A DNA stretch of 64,000 nucleotides from Candidatus Brocadiia bacterium (GCA_046538485.1 JBKHIT010000001.1:32001-96000), one strand, 5' to 3'; shown: positions 38,501 through 47,114, counted from the first letter of the stretch. Made by a program: numbers and translations. Notes: a model not told the origin generated them from the sequence alone.

Positions 38501-39483
38501 AGATGGGAGGGAACAGGGGCTCCGTATCGCTGCCAGATCCAGGTTCCACGTCTGAGCCGCTCATCAACCCTTTCCTTCCGTTCCTGATCCGTCAGGATTT
38601 TGTGTAACGTAGGAAGTTCCAGCAACAGCTTACAATTCCGCTTTTTGAGAAGCGTTACTCGCTCGTCAAAACCAGACCATTCGTACCGACGAGGCCCCTT
38701 GCAATTGAAACCCCAGGCGCCAATTGCTTTTTCGGGGGTGAAGAAATAGTTTCCCGCACTGCGGAATTTCGTGGCCATATAGCCGGGTTTGAGGGACAAA
38801 TTCTCGAGCCACCAACTCGCGGCCGATTGGGGATGGGGCTTAAGCGGAATGCGGATGCCCGTTTTCGGCCCGGCCCGCCGCCACGATTCCCGAAAATTGT
38901 TTGCCCACTGTTTGCCCGGTATTTCATGAGCTGAGATGCCGCGCTTTTCCGCCTCATCTTGCAATCTGATCGCAAAATCTTCGCGCAAAACACCGGTTTC
39001 CGACGCATATCGTACAATTCGCCGTCCAGCCAGAGCCAGCTCATTACGCCAGAATCCCACCTGTTCTTCCAGATTCGTATCGCCCCGTGCATCTCGTGCC
39101 AGACGCAGACTTTGAATTCCCCCGTCAATGCTTTTCAATAACTCATATAGTTGAATACCACGCTCGATCGCCCGGTTTGCTTTTGCCAGGGCAGCCTCCC
39201 CCTGTTTTTCCCCCACCCACGGCATCAGGTAATGAGCGCAACTGCGGCATGCCAGAGCATCGTCCCAACTGGCTCCGAGGGCCATCCGAACCGACTCGCA
39301 GTCTTCCGACAGAGCAGTCACCTCCAGATTGTGATTTCCCGGTAAAACATCGGCCGGAACGCTTTCCTCCCGGACAAAACGTTCCCCGCCTCTGGCTGTC
39401 AGAGTCAGGGCAGCAAAAAGCAATGCGAGCAAAAACCGCTTCGTCCCAATCGAGCATTTTCTACACTGCGTGTCCATAGCCAT
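35596..39483 (-). CDS. Large secreted GH42/beta-galactosidase-like protein with trimerisation (GATase1-like) domain
   Basis: Signal peptide; Y.WS.FD, DY.....W..FL...Y.SI..FN.....Y.SF.EV..P, LLILP......I..WV..GG.LIA, LADVLGV and PAIT.N.FG.G. Confidence 0.65.
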   Translation of the reverse strand: MAMDTQCRKCSIGTKRFLLALLFAALTLTARGGERFVREESVPADVLPGNHNLEVTALSEDCESVRMALGASWDDALACRSCAHYLMPWVGEKQGEAALAKANRAIERGIQLYELLKSIDGGIQSLRLARDARGDTNLEEQVGFWRNELALAGRRIVRYASETGVLREDFAIRLQDEAEKRGISAHEIPGKQWANNFRESWRRAGPKTGIRIPLKPHPQSAASWWLENLSLKPGYMATKFRSAGNYFFTPEKAIGAWGFNCKGPRRYEWSGFDERVTLLKKRNCKLLLELPTLHKILTDQERKERVDERLRRGTWIWQRYGAPVPSHLADDPDATLCACGNGDNLKVWGGVQLFNPEIAEAYGDYLQALAKHLKATGFYETIAAVHLERGDWAALPEVVDYGKRTRRRWVNFLQQQYESIQAFNKPTNANYGSFQEVPIPRRKVPEAARPTWQEFKKKHKRQRAHRWGKFLRRKYGSDQKIKEALGKTYRDGHRWQLPLQYPKHVKIDYLNFRRQWIKDYMKIKRKLVAEAFPDKLIIFEQWQFGDHDMIAGRSEKKWGGFYAEDQAQFTSTGPSNERNPFMIRSVGPVGFGSRPSDSIESLYRDYLWINFRNPGNLARYFYDWVAHGYLDHQLAWHSITNHWLTNRRVYRLGPTVANTAPIPQRIGMVLPRHTYDLFSGTIYYSFMGWDWFLQAAKLPYTRIDERFIREGGLAEIELELLILPDVRAMDEKMARCIRQWVQNGGTLIASPMPGKHNPYGRKMRKAWLADVLGVRVDGSVTEKVKDTPLGVTIPRGFFSGGFKKKTDRQPHFQTLKVQTAEVLARYEGGKPAITVNEFGEGKAVTLGYPFGREAVKCDRTSIGFQRTYLLYAREPQIVSRVKWLRSFIVDRLGVKPEFGVDYAEVARWKPDNREAWNPSLSTPKGFDLSPGEYFYITSVGDPRGGAHEMKIEHETPDIALRFFPRYREGLETRYLGISTRDVHYSTYRASINLYLSEHRYRCRINNPKIQAIWDVERNVPVGFYRDKNGVYFDVELPPGYIMMLAVSVSPDIQLFGPDPFPGRTKKEVIDRADELAGGNRPDRVSILTPRRIEPWFKKLGKPVESVREASQKRHPGHRRKVGQKETVLISFGELANRPAARKLADFLRNRYGIAARIVQQAAKIEDFDKPGDRFHVADYAGPVILIGHEWDNNDIALYESMWPWRYGTYQRPYGAHVPFTSSYEWPGSERAVVSMSRRHALINAKGEQVHFRWKRHYKLRKVNPDYPLLRSKLYIAGSGDTALKAVNAIIEVVGE

Positions 39484-39616
39484 ATCCTTTCCCAAAAACC
39501 GTCAAAACATAGGCGGCCCTGGCCATTGTCCCTTCCACTCCGAGGTTGAAAATAATCCAGGGGATGTATGGCTCAGAAAACTGCTTTTCCTGAAAGTCTC
39601 ATTTCAAAACTGTCGC

Positions 39617-41356
39617 CTATTCCACTGAAAATCTCAGCCATGTCACATCATCATAAACCGTAAACCTCAGTGTCGAAGATTTTTCTTCTCGGTTTTTCAC
39701 CTTTTTGACTATCCGCAAGCCATTATAGGGCCTGAGTATTTCCACTGGACCCAAGATTTTTCTATCAATTTTGAGAGTCATCACCAGCGGTTTCATCCGC
39801 TCTGCGATATTAGGCGTGCAGATATAAGCGGCAACGGCATAACTGTTCCTGTCAAGCTGGAAGGGCAACAACGCCACCTGATCCTGAGCACGCATCGGGC
39901 CTGTCTGTCCGGTGCGAGGTATCAATACCGGATCGGGTTCCACCGAATATTCGAAGTGGAGCGGGGTGATACGCTCAAGAGGGATGGCCCCTTCGAGCCC
40001 GTCTATAAACCTTTTCATAGTCCGCAGTGGGGGGGCATCCTGCCATCGGAACCTTTTTGGATCCATCAAACCAGGTGCCAGCGAATGCATCATTTCTCCA
40101 TGGCTGCCACGTTGCCCCTCGTAGAAAGAATGCAGCAGAACAAACTCCGCCCCCTGGTTCATCCAGAAAGCAAGGATGCGGGTGAGGGACCTTTGTTTGA
40201 CTTCCCACCCGGAGAATGGGCTCTTCTCAAATTCCGGGATCAGGCGGGGGACAGCTCCAATGGAATTGATTGCCACAGGCAACTTATTGTTCTTCAGAAA
40301 ATGGATGAGATTATCGTGCCGGGAAAAATCAGCCATCCAGCTTTCAGGACGGGCCAAAACCATCGTCGGAGGTTTTCCCTCCATGAATTCCAAATTCCGC
40401 ACAGGCCAAATATCTTTGACCCCTCTGGGGCGCTCATACTGAGTGTTGCTGAGCCATCCATGATTGGTTTTGCCGGTCCATATCCCATAGGTAGAAACGA
40501 CTCGCCCACTGATCTTGGGAAGTTGTTCCTCGGCAGGAATGTTAGAAAAATTATGGTGAATGTTTTCCAGGAGCCTCGGGCCCCTGTACCCATCCTGAAC
40601 CAGGTGTTGGACAATACGTTTTTCAAACTCATATACCCGCCCTCCTGGCCGCAAAGTTGCTAATGTGGCTCCTGGAGGTGGTTCAGTCACGGAAGGAACA
40701 CCCCACCACAAACCCATACTCACCCCCATATCATAGCTTTTTGGTTCAGTGAATCCGGCCTTGCGGGCTTCTTCCACAACGTATTTAAGCGCCAGATAAG
40801 CCTTATCGGCATAGGCATTGAATTCCGGCGAACCCACCTCTCCCACCGGCATCAGCTCTCCCTGACCCCACCATTTTTGCAATTGCCGCGTACCTGGTTT
40901 GCCAAAAGGGGGAATTCGAGGAACCCCCAGATAAGGGCGGATGCCCGCCGCGCGGGCTGCCCGCAACTTCTTACCCAACCGCTCTTGTTTTCCCGGTGCC
41001 GGTTCCTCCCAATCCGCAGTGATATAAATAGACCAGTGGGGAGCAAACTGCAAATGTCGCACCCCGACTTCATACAGCTGCTCCATAACTTTAAAATGCT
41101 CAGATTCCGTCCAATCCGGCACGTGCTTATAATATATACCCGGCTTCTGAAGAGCCTCATAAGCCGACACCGTTCGAGAATTGGAGCGCCACGGGGTGCG
41201 GTAAAGAGATGCTTTGCCTTCCGGGAGAGGTTCTAACTGACCTTCCTTTCGATATAGTTCCAGAGGCCTTTTCGACTCCCCAAAAACCTGCGCGGGAAAA
41301 ATAATAGTAATAGCAATCCAAAATGCGAAAAACACCAACTCTGAATAAAATCTCAT
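39617..41356 (-). CDS. Hypothetical secreted protein, possibly glycoside hydrolase-like
   Basis: Signal peptide MRFYSELVFFAFWIAITIIFPAQVFG; ATG at 41356 after GAAGGAG; no diagnostic motif. Confidence 0.7.
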   Translation of the reverse strand: MRFYSELVFFAFWIAITIIFPAQVFGESKRPLELYRKEGQLEPLPEGKASLYRTPWRSNSRTVSAYEALQKPGIYYKHVPDWTESEHFKVMEQLYEVGVRHLQFAPHWSIYITADWEEPAPGKQERLGKKLRAARAAGIRPYLGVPRIPPFGKPGTRQLQKWWGQGELMPVGEVGSPEFNAYADKAYLALKYVVEEARKAGFTEPKSYDMGVSMGLWWGVPSVTEPPPGATLATLRPGGRVYEFEKRIVQHLVQDGYRGPRLLENIHHNFSNIPAEEQLPKISGRVVSTYGIWTGKTNHGWLSNTQYERPRGVKDIWPVRNLEFMEGKPPTMVLARPESWMADFSRHDNLIHFLKNNKLPVAINSIGAVPRLIPEFEKSPFSGWEVKQRSLTRILAFWMNQGAEFVLLHSFYEGQRGSHGEMMHSLAPGLMDPKRFRWQDAPPLRTMKRFIDGLEGAIPLERITPLHFEYSVEPDPVLIPRTGQTGPMRAQDQVALLPFQLDRNSYAVAAYICTPNIAERMKPLVMTLKIDRKILGPVEILRPYNGLRIVKKVKNREEKSSTLRFTVYDDVTWLRFSVE

Positions 41357-41388
41357 TTTCTTGCTCCTTCCCCCCAAGCACACACCAA

Positions 41389-41668
41389 GCATTCCGAGGA
41401 CAGTATATGGGTTTTTCAGCCTTCCTCTTTCTTCCGGGGTCGACCGGGCCTGCCGGGACGCAGTCGGCGGCCGGCCTGTTTCTCGAGTTTATCCACAAAT
41501 CCTTCCCTCCCCAAAGTGAGACCCGTACGGACGTGTATACGGCGCTTCTCCATCTGGGTCACATGGTGAGAAGTCCCGGTATGACAACTCGCGCTATTCC
41601 CCCTGCCCCTATTCTACGGCTTGCCCCCGCGCTGTCAAAAGAAAACCGACATACTGTCTCCGGAATGC
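41389..41668 (-). mobile_element. 280-bp non-autonomous mini-element: internally deleted RAYT/Y1 (IS200-like) transposase between ~28-bp inverted repeats
   Basis: IRs GCATTCCGAGGACAGTATATGGGTTTTTC (41389-41417) and GAAAACCGACATACTGTCTCCGGAATGC (41641-41668). The minus strand reads IARVVIPGL/HHVTQ (RAYT N-terminus, one frameshift) fused to MEKRRIHVRTGLTLGREGFVDKLEKQAGRRLRPGRPGRPRKKEEG* (RAYT C-terminus). Confidence 0.8.
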
Positions 41669-41959
41669 CTCTCGGCAAGGCGAGTCTGCCGTTTGCTGTT
41701 TTCTGTTCTTGCATGTGGAATTGAAAAATAGGGAGCGTTGGTCGATCATACCCTGTATCTGTGGAGCTTCTCTGATACCTGGAACGCAGGGGTGTGTTCC
41801 TGGAGGTTCAATACTCTGAACTCTACGCCGTACGGCACAACTGAAAAACAGGCAATTCGGCCTTTACCATTTTTGAAAAATACGCCCGGATTGCGCAGGG
41901 ACATGGCCATGTTCTACGAAGTCATCCACAGGGCGGAAAATGCGCGAAAGCGACCGTGC

Positions 41960-42498
41960 GATGCTGCAGTGGAACGCCGAACGGGGCCGATCCCAGCCCC
42001 CTGGCCGCCTTCGAGATCGTCGGCAACGCGCGTACCTGTTTCAGTCCGGACGGACGTCATCTGATCACCGTCTCCTCCAGCCGGGGACGGGCCCAGCAGG
42101 GGCGCACTCCCAACGAAATCCATCTGTGGGATGTGAAAAAACGGGAGAAAATCGCCACTCTGCGGGGATACGACGCGGATGTCGTGCATCTGGCGTTTTC
42201 CCCGGACGGCGCCCAGCTGGCCAGCGGCGGCCGGGAGGGCAAGGTCAAGCTCCGGGACGTAAAAATGGGCACCGAAAAAGCCGCCCTCCACTCCTTCGGC
42301 CCGTGGATCATGGACGTGGCGTTCCGCGCCGACGGCCGGGTGCTCGTCACGGGGGATTATGACGGACGCATAAAATTATGGGACGTGAAGCAGGAAAAGG
42401 AACTGCTGACCCTGTGGGGCCATTCCTGGCCCCTGGCATTCGTCGGTTTCATCCCGGAGGGCAACCGGCTGGTCTCCGGCACGGACCCCGCGGTGAAA
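41960..42498 (+). pseudogene. WD40-repeat protein fragment, cut at its 3' end by a repeat-bounded cassette
   Basis: FSPDG, IHLWDV, LAFSPDG.QLASGG.EG.VKL, VAF.ADG..L.TGD.DG.IKLWDV and L.GH; no credible start; homology stops at GTDPAVK where the repeat array begins. Confidence 0.8.
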
Positions 42499-42565
42499 GT
42501 GGACCTTCTGGACAGCGTGGACCCACTGGACCGTCCAGACTGTCCAGACGGTCCACGATGTCCAC
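42499..42565. repeat. Left palindromic array of 9-nt units: 4x NTGGAC facing 4x GTCCAN
   Basis: GTGGACCTT CTGGACAGC GTGGACCCA CTGGAC C GTCCAG ACTGTCCAG ACGGTCCAC GATGTCCAC. Confidence 0.9.
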
Positions 42566-42569
42566 TGTT

Positions 42570-43199
42570 TCATGGCTCCAGAGGATTCTGTTCCTTGCGC
42601 TCTCTTTTGCGCCTCCGTTTCCAGTAGAGCCGCTCGGTGAAACCGCCTTTGTTTTCGAAGGCATCGGCTTGTGCTGCCAACTGGCGCCGGAGCAGCGCCG
42701 TGTCCACGGCGATCAGCGCGAGGGCTCCGTTGGCGGCGATGCCGGAATAAGTGGACCTTCCAGACTGTCTACTGTGTCCACCGGGTCCATCGTTCCGGTG
42801 TTCCCGGTCGTGCACTTCGTGCACCCACTCGGCGAACTCCTCAACCGTCTCGCATCGCCGATGGATCAGCCCATCCCGACGGGGATCATCCTGATCCCAC
42901 TGGACCAGATTGCGCTGCCGCAGGAAATCCTCGTAATCCAGTGCCAGTTCCTCCAGGCTCGACCGGGCAACGTTGGTCAGCTTCAATTCGGTCTTTTTGG
43001 ACGTGGCGGAGGCTTTACTACCCTCGGCGATATTCTGGACGCCCGACCGGGCCGCCTGGACCATCTGGTCGTAGGTGCGGCTGCGTTTGTCGATGTAGCG
43101 ATCACAGAACCGGACGGTGATGTCGTAGATCAACCGGGCGATCTGGAAGGTTTTCAGGTTGCGGTAACCACCGTGGGCGGGGATAAGGTCGTCGCTCAA
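42570..43199 (-). CDS. Four-helix-bundle protein (23S rRNA IVP/Avd-like family) with four-helix-bundle suffix domain
   Basis: LIPAHGGYRNL..FQ.A..IYD.TV.FC, RT.DQMVQAARSG.QNIAEGS, TELKL.NVAR.SLEEL..DYEDFLRQR; suffix AAN....L.....LL.RQ.......F...GGFTERLY; TTG at 43199 after CAGGAGG. Confidence 0.93.
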   Translation of the reverse strand: MSDDLIPAHGGYRNLKTFQIARLIYDITVRFCDRYIDKRSRTYDQMVQAARSGVQNIAEGSKASATSKKTELKLTNVARSSLEELALDYEDFLRQRNLVQWDQDDPRRDGLIHRRCETVEEFAEWVHEVHDREHRNDGPGGHSRQSGRSTYSGIAANGALALIAVDTALLRRQLAAQADAFENKGGFTERLYWKRRRKRERKEQNPLEP

Positions 43200-43236
43200 A
43201 ACGGAACCTCCTGGAAAATCAAAAGGAATAACCAGA

Positions 43237-43312
43237 GTGGACCATCTGGACAGCGGGGACCACGTGGACAATTTGGGGCGTCCAGATTGTCCACGCCGTC
43301 CACCAGGTCCAC
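43237..43312. repeat. Right palindromic array of 9-nt units
   Basis: GTGGACCAT CTGGACAGC GGGGACCAC GTGGACAAT TTGGGGC GTCCAG ATTGTCCAC GCCGTCCAC CAGGTCCAC. Confidence 0.9.
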
Positions 43313-43583
43313 TTCGCCCTTATTACTACACTATCCCGCCATTTATGTCCATAATTCTCAAGAATGTCATTCGGCAGCCACCGGTCCAAACAACCGTTTT
43401 TTCGTAATTTCTGGTGAAAGGAATCGGTTTGAATTGTTCATAGAATACATAAGGCTGGTAAAATAACGTTATAGCCAATGCCGAACGAACAGGCCCGGAT
43501 GTTGACCCCACTCACCGGGAAACCGCGTGGATGGCGGTGGAGTTCTGTTTTGCCGGTTCTTACAATCACTTTACTGGAGGAAG

Positions 43584-44195
43584 ATGGTCATGAGACGAAC
43601 AATGATCGTTGTGTTGATCGCAGGAATGATGTTGCTCGCTGGTTGTGGCAAGGAAAATGGAACTGAGTCCTCTTCGGGCGGTTCGGCCGGCATGAGCCAG
43701 GAGGAAAAGGTGGCCATGTACAATCGCTTCACCGAGTTCGCCCAGGCCATCATGAAGGGTGACATGGACGAGGTGAAGGAACTGGCCGGTAAGGAGGAAT
43801 ACCTGGACGCACGCGGCGGCAGCGGGGCCAGCCCCCTGGTCAGCGCCATGTCGCTCAACAAGCCGGAGATCGCGAAACTGCTGATCGAAGAGGGGATCAA
43901 ACTTGATTCTTGGGCCATCAGCGAGTGCACGAACATCCAGGATGAGAAAAAGAGAATGGAGATCGTCAGGTTGCTGATTGAAAAGGGCGCCGATGTGAAC
44001 GCACGTGGCAGCGCCGACCTGACGGCTCTCCATAAAGCCGCCGCGGCCGGGGACGTCGATCTCGCCCGCCTCCTGCTGGAGAACGGAGCCGATCCCAGTC
44101 TCAAAGATAAACAGGGCAAAACCCCTCTGGATCACGCGAAAGAACACGATAACCAGGAGGTGATCCAGTTGCTCAAAAAACACGGTGCCATATGA
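43584..44195 (+). CDS. Ankyrin-repeat lipoprotein
   Basis: Lipobox LLAGC; G.SPL..A, TALHKAA..G...ARLLLENGAD and GKTPLD.A; GGAGG RBS. Confidence 0.9.
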   Translation: MVMRRTMIVVLIAGMMLLAGCGKENGTESSSGGSAGMSQEEKVAMYNRFTEFAQAIMKGDMDEVKELAGKEEYLDARGGSGASPLVSAMSLNKPEIAKLLIEEGIKLDSWAISECTNIQDEKKRMEIVRLLIEKGADVNARGSADLTALHKAAAAGDVDLARLLLENGADPSLKDKQGKTPLDHAKEHDNQEVIQLLKKHGAI

Positions 44196-44208
44196 GACCG
44201 ATGCCTGA

Positions 44209-44247
44209 GCGAGTTGTGGCTGCGTCTCCCGCCCGGCCACAACTCGC
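44209..44247. repeat. Perfect 12-bp intergenic hairpin (possible terminator or RNA stability element)
   Basis: GCGAGTTGTGGC-N15-GCCACAACTCGC; no U-tract on the + strand. Confidence 0.6.
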
Positions 44248-44283
44248 AAACGCGAAACGCAGTGTAAGCTCATAGAAAGGCGG

Positions 44284-44970
44284 GTGGAACAAATGCGACT
44301 TCAGCAAGCGCCAAGAAACATTGTCCTTGCGCACGCCCTTGTTGGCGTGGTACTCCTGAGTGGAGGCTGCGCCCCGGAGGGGCCGGCAACGCTTCAGGAC
44401 TTTTTCGGGGCCGTCGTGAAGGGTGACGTGGCGCAGGTCAAAGCCGGAATCCATCATCACCCCGAATGGGTCAGGGTCACCGACGCGGAAAACTACAACC
44501 GCACCGCCCTGCATAAGGCGGCCGGACACGGGCATCAGCAAATCGTTGAGTTCCTGCTCGCGAAAGGGGCCGACATCAACGCCCGCGACAAGCTCGGCTA
44601 CACCCCGCTGATGTTTGCCATCCACGGACGGAAAAGCGAGGTGGCAGTGTGGTTGATCGAGAAAGGGGCCCGGGTGAACGTCAAAGAGAAGAACGGCTAC
44701 ACGGCTCTGCACAACGCCGCTTTCGCCGGCATGCCCAAAGTTGTCATGGCGCTTGTTCGTCATAAGGCAGCCCTGAACGCGAAGGCCGGTCGCGAGACCC
44801 CGCTGCATCTTGCCGCCCGGGAAGGACACGTGGACGTGGCGCGGATCCTCCTGGAGAACGGCGCCGACGCCAACGGCGGGAGCGGTGGATTTGGGACCCC
44901 GATGAGCCTGGCCTCGATGGGGGGACACGAGGAAATTGTCGAACTGCTGAAAGAATACGGTGCGGAATGA
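44284..44970 (+). CDS. Ankyrin-repeat lipoprotein
   Basis: Lipobox-like LLSGGC; about five ANK repeats (TALHKAA, TPLMFA, TALHNAA, TPLHLAA, TPMSLA). Confidence 0.9.
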   Translation: MEQMRLQQAPRNIVLAHALVGVVLLSGGCAPEGPATLQDFFGAVVKGDVAQVKAGIHHHPEWVRVTDAENYNRTALHKAAGHGHQQIVEFLLAKGADINARDKLGYTPLMFAIHGRKSEVAVWLIEKGARVNVKEKNGYTALHNAAFAGMPKVVMALVRHKAALNAKAGRETPLHLAAREGHVDVARILLENGADANGGSGGFGTPMSLASMGGHEEIVELLKEYGAE

Positions 44971-45017
44971 GTCTCGATAGAACCAACTGAGCGGCGCCAG
45001 AGCGCCCGAAAAGGAGG

Positions 45018-46625
45018 ATGATCATGAATTGGAGATCGGTGTGTGCGCCAATCGTCGTCGTGGTGGTCCTGGCCGGCTGCGGCCAGGAAGAGAACGGCGG
45101 GGCGGGGTCAGATAGGAGCACGGTCCGTCAAGAAAATGCTCCCTCCGCAAAAACACAGCCTGCCACCCCGGCCCCCGAGCCGCCTCCCCCGCCGGAGAGT
45201 TTCGGCGTACACATCATTCCCGTAGAAGAGGACGGACCGCCCGCACAGCCGGTTATATGGGATGACTACAACATCAACAACGTCCCCATCGCTCCGGGGT
45301 TGAAAGAGGTGAAAGCCAAATACGATATCCCGGATCATCCCGCGGTTAAGGCCCTCGGCCACAAGGCGTTTCACGCGGACCCGTTCTACGTGGAGCGGAA
45401 CTCGGATGATCGTGAGACCACCCCCTACAGTTTCCGGCAGTTCACCACTGATCGGGATATCATGAGTGCGCTGAACTGGTACAGGAGCGTTGCCTTCCAG
45501 AAGCCACCAAAACCGGGCGGATCCACTCTGAACGGCCCATTCTCGGACGGCTGTGCGGCTACGTTCAACGCCAACAACGCCTACAATTACATCGTCGTTT
45601 CGGGAATCAAACACCCCCAGACAGGACAGGTCACCGTCTACGTCCTCCATTACACCGACCCGGACAAGGAACCCCATCCCACGCTGTTGGATATCCCCGA
45701 TGAGATACGGAAGCATCTCGTGAAACTCAGCGCCACCAACTGGCGCAAGCGGGAACGGGCCGCCGGCAGCCTCGCGGAGATGGGCAAAGAGGTCGTCACC
45801 CCCCTGCTGCGTTGTCTTACCGTGCGCGATAGTAACATCCGCTCGGGGGCCACACGGGCGCTGGCACAGATCGGCAAGCCCGCTTTCGGACCGATGATGG
45901 AAAACTTTGAAGATGCCGACGAAACCTATCAGCAGGCTGCCCTGCAGGTGCTCGCATCGACGGAGGCCGAATTGCCCAAAGAAACCGCTGATCTGGTTCT
46001 GCCGCTCCTGGAAGGCAGGACCCGGCATCAGGCGGTGCCGGTTCTGGCAAAAACCGGGGATTCCCGGGCCGTCGATCCCCTCATCGAGTGCCTCGAGGAC
46101 GAAAACCAGCACGTTCGCCGCGCAGCGGCCAAAGCCCTCGCCCAGATCGGAAGCAACAAAGCGGTGCAGCCGCTGGCCGAACTGCTCGCTGATGAAAAGG
46201 ACCTTGTCCGCCGGACGGCCATCGACGCGCTGGGCCAGATCGGCAGCCCCGCGACCTTTGGGCCGCTGAACCGGTGTCTGAAAAGCGAGGACAAAACACT
46301 CAGGAAACGCGCCATCCGCTTCGTTGGCAAAAGCGGCAATGAAAAGGCCATCCCGGCTCTTCAGAAGATCGCCCTCAACGACAATTCGCAGCAGGCCGTC
46401 CGTGCGATCAGCAAAATCGGCGGCGATAAGGCCGTTGAAGCGCTCGCACGTTGTCTGAAGCATGACGACCAGAATATGCGCATGGTGACAATAGAGATCC
46501 TTGGCAAACTCGGCGGGCCGAAGGCCAGGGCCGCCATCAAAACGCGTCTCGACGATGAGAATGAGATGATACGGAGATGGGCCAAGATGACACTGAAGAA
46601 GCTGGAGAACACAGAGAACAAGTAG
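45018..46625 (+). CDS. Lipoprotein with Pro-rich linker, unknown N-terminal domain and C-terminal HEAT repeats
   Basis: Lipobox VLAGC; PATPAPEPPPPP; repeated AV.PL...L.DE...VRR.AA.AL..IG; AGGAGG RBS. Confidence 0.88.
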   Translation: MIMNWRSVCAPIVVVVVLAGCGQEENGGAGSDRSTVRQENAPSAKTQPATPAPEPPPPPESFGVHIIPVEEDGPPAQPVIWDDYNINNVPIAPGLKEVKAKYDIPDHPAVKALGHKAFHADPFYVERNSDDRETTPYSFRQFTTDRDIMSALNWYRSVAFQKPPKPGGSTLNGPFSDGCAATFNANNAYNYIVVSGIKHPQTGQVTVYVLHYTDPDKEPHPTLLDIPDEIRKHLVKLSATNWRKRERAAGSLAEMGKEVVTPLLRCLTVRDSNIRSGATRALAQIGKPAFGPMMENFEDADETYQQAALQVLASTEAELPKETADLVLPLLEGRTRHQAVPVLAKTGDSRAVDPLIECLEDENQHVRRAAAKALAQIGSNKAVQPLAELLADEKDLVRRTAIDALGQIGSPATFGPLNRCLKSEDKTLRKRAIRFVGKSGNEKAIPALQKIALNDNSQQAVRAISKIGGDKAVEALARCLKHDDQNMRMVTIEILGKLGGPKARAAIKTRLDDENEMIRRWAKMTLKKLENTENK

Positions 46626-47114
46626 TATGAAATTCGTCAGCGACAAGGAGGGGTCGCACTGCTCGTTGCTCCCCCTCTACAGGCTCAAAATGGTTCTCAG
46701 AAGGGCCGGGAACGCAGGAGCCGGAGGTGCTCGCCGACCTGGTGGTCACAACATTGGTCCGACATCAAGTTTTGGCCATAGCATATCATTGCCTAGCAAC
46801 AGGTTGCAACAATTATGCGGGGTTCTTAGAGGGCTTTTAAAGCCGATTTTCGGGAACTCGCAATCGCCCGTAAGAGAGCGAGCTCTATCGGGCAATCCTG
46901 ATTTTGGAGGCGGCCAATCTGCTTTACAAAGAATCTCACCGGTCAACCGTAGAAAGTCTGAGCAAATTCATGCTCACCCAGCCGCGAAACGACCTGCAGC
47001 GGAGATTCCTGCGAGCCGGGGCGGCTTGCTTGCTCGGCAGTCAGCTGGTAGAATTTGCGGTCTGTGACGGATTGTGATCAGCAAACTTTATCGTTCCCCC
47101 GTAAGGAGCAAGAT

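Noticed and set aside
41489..41497. Perfect DnaA box TTATCCACA as a sign of oriC
   Set aside because: Single copy inside the RAYT remnant codons (F-V-D-K); no box cluster or AT-rich unwinding element.
42499..43312. CRISPR array or diversity-generating retroelement
   Set aside because: The units are 9 nt with no unique spacers and no cas genes. Despite the Avd-like fold, no reverse transcriptase or adenine-mismatched TR/VR pair is visible in the window.
45108..46646. 512-aa minus-strand ORF (also 43566-44273 and 44173-44928)
   Set aside because: Shadows of high-GC3 lipoprotein genes.
43320..47050. Integron cassette array
   Set aside because: No integrase, and no RYYYAAC...GTTRRRY attC structures found between the lipoprotein genes.
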